Source of the DNA: Spirochaetia bacterium
GTDB taxonomy: Bacteria; Spirochaetota; Spirochaetia; UBA9216
DNA length: 64,000 nucleotides
Reading direction: 5' to 3'
Assembly (NCBI GenBank): GCA_965140585.1
Contig: OZ223269.1
Coordinates: 544,001-608,000 of the forward strand
This document shows, piece after piece, positions 58,626 to 64,000 of the stretch. Every line of letters starts with the position of its first letter. Positions within the stretch are counted from its first letter, which is position 1. A program made the translations under genes and the position numbers. The notes beneath the pieces were generated by a model, which saw only the letters and a program-made list of their open reading frames with translations, was not told the DNA's origin and searched no databases.

Positions 58626-60005
58626 TTATCTGGTTTCTCGTCTGAGTAATTTGCCCCATCCTTTTTCTCCGGTAAAAGAACCTTCTTTTACCTGAACCTT
58701 ACCCCTGACTGTAACAAGTTCGGGAGCTCCGTCACGTTCCATTCCTTCAAAACCGTTGTAATCAACATTCATGCTCTGAGTTTTAACACTGAAAACTCCC
58801 TTTGCATCAGGATTATAAACAACAATATCTGCATCAGAGCCCGGTCTAAGAGTTCCTTTCCTTGGATATAAACCGAAAAACTTTGCTGCATTTGTAGAAC
58901 CAACTTCGACAAAACGTTCAAGAGACATATTTCCTCTTGAAACACCGTAGGTATAGAGAAGGTTGATTCGATCTTCAATTGCAGGTATTCCGTTTGGAAT
59001 TTTTGTAAAATCCTTTTCACCCATAATCTTCTGAGTTGTATAATCAAAGGGGGCGTGGTCGGTGGCTACAGTATCCACGAGCCCGGTATTAAGTCCGTTC
59101 CAAAGTGCGGCCTGATCCGATTTTCCTCGAAGCGGAGGACTCATAATATATTTTGAACCTTCAAAGCCGGGACGTTCAGGATAGCTTCGGTCCAAAATCA
59201 GGTGAGGAATTACTGCTTCAACTCCAAGTTTTACTCCGCGATGCCGTGCTTTCATTGCTTCTTTAAGCGCTTTTTCATTGGATAGGTGAACAACATATCC
59301 TTCAGCTCCTGTCAGCTCAAGGAAGGTTGCAAAATGATTTACTCCTGAGGCTTCAACATAGTCGGGGCGGCTGGGTTCATGATATTCAGGTCCTGTTTTA
59401 CCTTCTGCAAGCAGTCTTGCCTGCATCTGCGCTACAACCTCTGCATTCTCTGTATGTGCAGTGGTAATAATTCCATGCTTTGCTGCATATGTGAGCAGTT
59501 TGAAAAGTTCATCATCATAAACGCCAAAGAAATCCTTGTAGGCAAGAAATATTTTGAATGATGTAGTTCCGTCTGCAATGATCTTGTCAAGCTGAGCATC
59601 CGTTTTACCATCTTCCCATTTGGGAACAGCCATGTGAAATGTGTAATCACAGTAGGCATTATCTGCTGCCTTCTGTTTCCATTCCTCATAACCATCTACA
59701 AGATCCATAGTTCTGTTTGGACAGCACATTTCTATGAAGGAGGTTGTTCCTCCCATCAGAGCTGCTTTTGAACCTGTTGTATGAGTATCCTTGGCAAATG
59801 TGCCCATGAAGGGGAGGTGTATGTGTACATGCGGATCTATAAAACCCGGGAACACGTATTTCCCTTCTGCATCGAATACTTCAGTCCCGGGTGCAGTTTC
59901 CAAATCTTTACCTATTCTGGTTACGGTATCATTTTCGCAGTATATGTCAGCCTTTCTTCTTCCATCGTGTTCTATTATTGTTCCATTCTTTATTAAAAGT
60001 CCCAT
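58626..60005 (-). CDS. hydA: Dihydropyrimidinase/D-hydantoinase
   Basis: PGFIDPHVH, TSFK, HTEN, VVHLS, MSPPLR, TDHAPF and IPNG motifs. Confidence 0.94.
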   Translation of the reverse strand: MGLLIKNGTIIEHDGRRKADIYCENDTVTRIGKDLETAPGTEVFDAEGKYVFPGFIDPHVHIHLPFMGTFAKDTHTTGSKAALMGGTTSFIEMCCPNRTMDLVDGYEEWKQKAADNAYCDYTFHMAVPKWEDGKTDAQLDKIIADGTTSFKIFLAYKDFFGVYDDELFKLLTYAAKHGIITTAHTENAEVVAQMQARLLAEGKTGPEYHEPSRPDYVEASGVNHFATFLELTGAEGYVVHLSNEKALKEAMKARHRGVKLGVEAVIPHLILDRSYPERPGFEGSKYIMSPPLRGKSDQAALWNGLNTGLVDTVATDHAPFDYTTQKIMGEKDFTKIPNGIPAIEDRINLLYTYGVSRGNMSLERFVEVGSTNAAKFFGLYPRKGTLRPGSDADIVVYNPDAKGVFSVKTQSMNVDYNGFEGMERDGAPELVTVRGKVQVKEGSFTGEKGWGKLLRRETR

Positions 60006-60136
60006 AATCTCTCCTTACATTCAATCAATAGTTATACACTACTAAAAAAGTAAGCTATAACTAATATTATAATAATACTAAGGTATATATCAGTCAAATG
60101 AAATGTGGCTGATTGTGAAATATTCTGTTATGATTA

Positions 60137-60850
60137 GTGATTATGAATGTATTACGTGCAATATGGATGGCGTTTGCTGCTTTTAATTTATTTATACAGC
60201 TGATGTATTTCTTTCGGGATTCGAGTCTTATTCTTTTTAATGTAAAGAAGATCTCGACGCCTGTATTATTATTCGGTGGATTTCTAATCGTTATTGCTGA
60301 ATACGGCAGTTTTCAGGTAATCCCCTGCATAATATTTCTTGCTATGGGCCTTGGTGAGATAGGTATAGAAGGTTCGAGCGTGGTTGAGACGCATGAGGGT
60401 GAAAGTGCAGGCGCAGGTGGTTCGGTAATTGTTATGATTGCAGCAATTCTGTTCCTGCTTGTTAATATTTTTATCGGCATGGTATTACTGGTGCAGAACG
60501 GCTGGTCAAGGTTTGCTGTATCAATTGGATTTTCTATACTTTTAATCGGAATGATGCTTGTTATAAGTATCAGGATTTTTAAACCGGGCGGTGAACTGAG
60601 AAATCAAATGCTAATATATTCTGCAGGTCTTGTGATTCTTTTATCGGGGGTTCTTTCTGATGCAGTCGGAGGCTTATCAAATCTGGGCCGGGCAGGGCTT
60701 ATTCTGAGTATTTCCGATTCACTTGTTCTTATCCGGATGGGTGCAGAATTTGATAAGAAAAGCAGGGCAGGTTTCAGCATACTGCTTTCATTTCTGATTA
60801 TCATACTGTTTTTATACTATTTATACATGTGGACTTTGATTAATTATTAG
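60137..60850 (+). CDS. Multi-TM membrane protein (possibly YhhN/lysoplasmalogenase-like)
   Basis: About eight hydrophobic segments; K..STP, LGE and ISDSL weakly resemble YhhN. Confidence 0.5.
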   Translation: MIMNVLRAIWMAFAAFNLFIQLMYFFRDSSLILFNVKKISTPVLLFGGFLIVIAEYGSFQVIPCIIFLAMGLGEIGIEGSSVVETHEGESAGAGGSVIVMIAAILFLLVNIFIGMVLLVQNGWSRFAVSIGFSILLIGMMLVISIRIFKPGGELRNQMLIYSAGLVILLSGVLSDAVGGLSNLGRAGLILSISDSLVLIRMGAEFDKKSRAGFSILLSFLIIILFLYYLYMWTLINY

Positions 60851-60870
60851 ATGTATAAATTTAAAAGAAC

Positions 60871-60904
60871 CGGCTGTACAGGTTTAACAAAGTACAGCCG
60901 TTTT
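60871..60904. terminator. Terminator between convergent genes
   Basis: CGGCTGTAC-loop-GTACAGCCG followed by TTTT. Confidence 0.7.
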
Positions 60905-60907
60905 CCA

Positions 60908-61057
60908 TTATTTTTTTTCAGCACAGGATTCAGAAAATGAGCATCCGCCGCATCCAGGACATGAAGCACCTTTCTTTTTGTCTTTTATTATCTTGAATAC
61001 TGCTGAAAAAATAACTGCCGCAAGTATAAGAGCCACGATAATATTAGTTACATTCAA
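60908..61057 (-). CDS. FeoB-associated Cys-rich membrane peptide (49 aa; not in ORF track)
   Basis: TTG start just after the feoB stop: MNVTNIIVALILAAVIFSAVFKIIKDKKKGASCPGCGGCSFSESCAEKK*. Confidence 0.85.
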   Translation of the reverse strand: MNVTNIIVALILAAVIFSAVFKIIKDKKKGASCPGCGGCSFSESCAEKK

Positions 61058-61058
61058 T

Positions 61059-63062
61059 TTATGCCGTCCTTCCTGCAAAGTTATATGTGTCTCCAGGTTT
61101 TTTGAACATCATGTACAACACTGTTCCAACTATCACAGCTACAGCAAGCAGTCCTCCTAAAAAGCCGGCTCCTAAAGCCCCTGTCGTAATCAAGGTACCA
61201 ATCTGGTACACAAGGAATGCGAGTACATAGCCTGTACCGAGCTGAAATCCTATAGCTCCGAACAGCCATTTTTTTGATTCCAGCTCAGAGTTCATTGATC
61301 CTATGGCCGCAAAACATGGGGGAGTAAACAGGTTGAAGATCAGGTAGGATAGGGCTCCGACAGCACCTATGCCGAAAATCCCGATTACATCAGGGCCGCC
61401 TGCTACGAGAGCGAGCTCTTCAACGTCAATAAAGTTGGTAATGGCAAAAGTCACCGCAAGAGTACCAACAACATTTTCCTTGGCAATGAATCCGGTTATT
61501 GCAGCAGCTGCAAACTGCCATATGCCGAAACCCAGAGGAATAAACAGAATGGCAAGGGGAGATGCAATGTAAGCGAGAATACTCGTATCGGCTGCATTCT
61601 CTCCGACAACCTGAAACTGCCAGTTGAATGTCTGAAGCAGTTGAACTATAGCATTACAGACAAGAATTACGGTTCCTGCTTTTATGATGAAAGATTTTGC
61701 TCGATTGAGCATTGAGAGCGCCGCACGCTTAATATTGGGCAGTCTGTATTCAGGAAGTTCCATTATAAAGTAGGATCTTGAATTATCCCCGGTTATTTTC
61801 CTGATAACCAGACCGCTTAGTATAATAACCCCGATTGCAAGGAAATACATTGAAGCGCCTACCCAGGCGTTATCACCGAAAAAGACACCCGCAAATAATG
61901 CAATTATAGGGAGTTTTGCTCCGCATGGCATGAAAGGAGCGAGCATTGCTGTTGTACGCCTTTGTCTTTCATTTTTAATCGTCCTTGTGGCCATTATTCC
62001 AGGAATAGCACATCCGGTGCTGACAATCATCGGAATAATGGATTTTCCGGAGAGCCCGATTTTCTTGAAAAACCGATCCATGATAACTGCAACTCTTGCC
62101 ATGTACCCGCAGTCTTCAAGCAGGGCAAGCATGAAAAACAGTACCATTATGAGCGGAAGAAATCCGACAACTGCACCTACACCGCCTATTATCCCGTCAA
62201 GCAGCAGTGAAGAGAGCACCGGATTTACGTTTTCTCCGATTGCACCTTCTGCGAGTTCGTAAAAAGCATCTATCCAGCCTACAAACAAATCAGCGAGCCA
62301 TGGTCCTACCCAGGATTGAGAAACAGAGAATACAAACCAGATAACTGCTGCGAAAATAGGAATGCCAAGCCATTTGTGGGCAATTATTCTGTCTGCCTTA
62401 TCCTGGACAGTCTGTTTGCTCGAATTGATTTTTCTTCGTTCGACTTGTGCAGTTATTTCATTTACAGCAATGTAACGGTTTTTATCAACCTTTTCAAAAT
62501 CCGCTGCTGTAGCTGCACTTTTAGAACCTTTTATCGCCAAAGATGCTTGCTTATAATTGTTACTGAAAATAAGTTCAATAGAATTAATAAGTTCAGGCAG
62601 TCCATTTCCGGAATTTTTTGTCGCTACAGTTTCTACTACAGGACATTTTATTAGTTCACTCAGCATTTGAGTGTCAATAATTATTCCTTTCTGACGGTTT
62701 AAGTCACTTTTGTTAAGGGCTATAACAACAGGAATACCCAATTCAATAAGCTGTGTTGTAAAAAATAAACTTCGGTTTAGATTTGTTGCATCCACAATAT
62801 TTATGATTGCATCAGGACTCTCATTATTAATAAAGTCCTTTGTTATGCTTTCTTCATTCGTGTAGGGAGACATTGAATAAGCTCCGGGTAAATCTACGAC
62901 AGTAAGTGCTTTGTCACGCGAAGCTAATGACGATTTAATAATACCTTCTTTCTTCTCTACTGTTACTCCGGGCCAGTTACCTACATGTTCAATTTTTCCG
63001 GTTATGGCATTGAACAGTGTAGTTTTACCACTGTTAGGATTACCGGTAAGGGCGATCTTCAT
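61059..63062 (-). CDS. feoB: Ferrous iron transporter B
   Basis: GNPNSGKT, NWPGVT, DLPG and NKSD G-domain motifs; GC.IP, MPCGAK and TPPC gates. Confidence 0.96.
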   Translation of the reverse strand: MKIALTGNPNSGKTTLFNAITGKIEHVGNWPGVTVEKKEGIIKSSLASRDKALTVVDLPGAYSMSPYTNEESITKDFINNESPDAIINIVDATNLNRSLFFTTQLIELGIPVVIALNKSDLNRQKGIIIDTQMLSELIKCPVVETVATKNSGNGLPELINSIELIFSNNYKQASLAIKGSKSAATAADFEKVDKNRYIAVNEITAQVERRKINSSKQTVQDKADRIIAHKWLGIPIFAAVIWFVFSVSQSWVGPWLADLFVGWIDAFYELAEGAIGENVNPVLSSLLLDGIIGGVGAVVGFLPLIMVLFFMLALLEDCGYMARVAVIMDRFFKKIGLSGKSIIPMIVSTGCAIPGIMATRTIKNERQRRTTAMLAPFMPCGAKLPIIALFAGVFFGDNAWVGASMYFLAIGVIILSGLVIRKITGDNSRSYFIMELPEYRLPNIKRAALSMLNRAKSFIIKAGTVILVCNAIVQLLQTFNWQFQVVGENAADTSILAYIASPLAILFIPLGFGIWQFAAAAITGFIAKENVVGTLAVTFAITNFIDVEELALVAGGPDVIGIFGIGAVGALSYLIFNLFTPPCFAAIGSMNSELESKKWLFGAIGFQLGTGYVLAFLVYQIGTLITTGALGAGFLGGLLAVAVIVGTVLYMMFKKPGDTYNFAGRTA

Positions 63063-63086
63063 TTTTTTTCCTCCAGGAATATATTT

Positions 63087-63344
63087 TTATGCCGGAAACT
63101 CAATAAGTTCCGGCTTTGATGTGCTGAGTTCTTCAATAGAGATGACCTTGGCAAGTTCATCATCGATGCTGTATCTGGCATTTTTAACATTTATTACGAG
63201 GTTGGATGCCAGTTTTGAAATTATTGTTATTTTCTCATCTGGATAACATCCCAGACTGAATAGAAATTCAGATAATTCATCCTGCTGAGTTTCAACAGAT
63301 ATGATTTTGTAAACAACACCTGTATTCCCTTTTGATAAAGTCAC
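63087..63344 (-). CDS. feoA: FeoA
   Basis: FLFSLGCYP...VINVKNARYSID; start moved to GTG 63344 (GGAGG RBS). Confidence 0.88.
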   Translation of the reverse strand: MTLSKGNTGVVYKIISVETQQDELSEFLFSLGCYPDEKITIISKLASNLVINVKNARYSIDDELAKVISIEELSTSKPELIEFPA

Positions 63345-63414
63345 GATATAAACCTCCGGAATTATTAATGCTCTATATATCTTTAACAAACCAAATGAAA
63401 GTTGTCAATAAATA

Positions 63415-63438
63415 AAAAGTTAGGAAAGCCTAATTTTA
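63415..63438. promoter_or_regulatory. DtxR/IdeR-type operator upstream of feoA
   Basis: AAAAGTTAGG-AAAG-CCTAATTTTA; TTAGG/CCTAA inverted repeat. Confidence 0.65.
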
Positions 63439-63524
63439 ATATAAATTTTCATAAATATTTAGAATCTTTATATATATTAAGATAAGTCTATATATGTAAA
63501 GAATATATTTATGAATCTCTATAC

Positions 63525-63562
63525 AAAAAAAACCGGATTCGGTATTAAAAACAGAATCCGGT
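63525..63562 (-). terminator. Terminator after the metal-binding protein gene
   Basis: ACCGGATTC-loop-GAATCCGGT with an A run on the + strand. Confidence 0.7.
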
Positions 63563-63585
63563 ACTGGAGCATTATTTTTTATTAC

Positions 63586-64000
63586 TTAGAAGGCTTTCTT
63601 TACTTCATCAGCAATAGAATAAAGATTGCTGATATAATCTTCGCTAAGCGGATTAAGAGTGATAACTACGCCGCCAATTGCGTCAGCGATAGTCTTTGCG
63701 CTCTTCATCGCAAACTCCGGTTGCACAAAAAGAATTTTGACTCCATCAGCTTTTGCTTCCTCAATAATTTCAGTTAATTGTGCTGCTGAAGGTTCCTTCC
63801 CCCCGGTTTCAATAGCTTCCTGATGCAATCCGAATTCATCACAAAAATATCCAAAAGCGGGATGATAAACAAAAATTGTTTCTCCACTAAAGGGTTTTAA
63901 CACTTCTGATAGATCATCACTAACTTTCTGCAGCTCTTCTGTAAAGCTGTTGTAATTATCATCATAGAATGAAGAATTTTCAGGATCTATATCCTTAAGT
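63586..64000 (-). CDS. Zn/Mn ABC transporter substrate-binding protein (ZnuA-like), 3' part
   Basis: VYHPAFGYF, GKEPS, VQPEF and LNPLSEDY motifs; reading frame extends to the window edge. Confidence 0.9.
   Translation of the reverse strand, partial: LKDIDPENSSFYDDNYNSFTEELQKVSDDLSEVLKPFSGETIFVYHPAFGYFCDEFGLHQEAIETGGKEPSAAQLTEIIEEAKADGVKILFVQPEFAMKSAKTIADAIGGVVITLNPLSEDYISNLYSIADEVKKAF

Noticed and set aside
58626-60005. hydA as part of the nucleoside-related cluster
   Set aside because: About 10 kb away on the opposite strand with unrelated genes between; no shared regulatory motif seen

Overview
AT-rich bacterial chromosome segment, most likely from an anaerobic spirochaete. This is an inference from the S21 sequence style, the lipoprotein signal peptides and the anaerobic gene content. 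No rRNA, tRNA, CRISPR array, integrase or transposase was recognised. Layout: (1) 1-3.1 kb housekeeping genes (rpsU 3' end, serC, Lrp regulator, DHOD-like). (2) 3.1-20 kb accessory and decay zone with GNATs, trpB2, yaaA, surface lipoproteins, a solo PIN protein, an orphan Opp-type permease pair led by a caspase-fold-like lipoprotein, and several pseudogenes not called or only partly called by the ORF track (ydeI-like, DUF2200, 3'-5' exonuclease, oxyR, ybaN-like, katG). (3) Re-citrate-synthase-like enzyme with a C-terminal Cache-like domain. (4) XRE-HTH/B12-binding (CarH-like) regulator divergent from an RND-TolC efflux operon, with two identical 15-bp operator-like sites between them. (5) The main candidate for an undescribed system: an ~18-kb sigma-54-controlled catabolic cluster (30.6-48.7 kb) with an omega-aminotransferase, an acylating ALDH whose catalytic Cys is Ser, a LarA nickel racemase, MoaD plus an aldehyde:ferredoxin oxidoreductase, TRAP and ECF importers, two amidohydrolases, a nucleoside hydrolase, a class I aminotransferase and a D-2-hydroxyacid dehydrogenase. 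(6) Hemerythrin, then a mannosylfructose/sucrose-phosphate synthase with a HAD-phosphatase/GH100 fusion. (7) kdgK-like/IclR/HDAC, Fur-DUF5320, hydA, feoAB plus a small Cys-rich peptide, and a partial metal ABC binding protein. All calls are from motif recognition by eye; no database searches were run.
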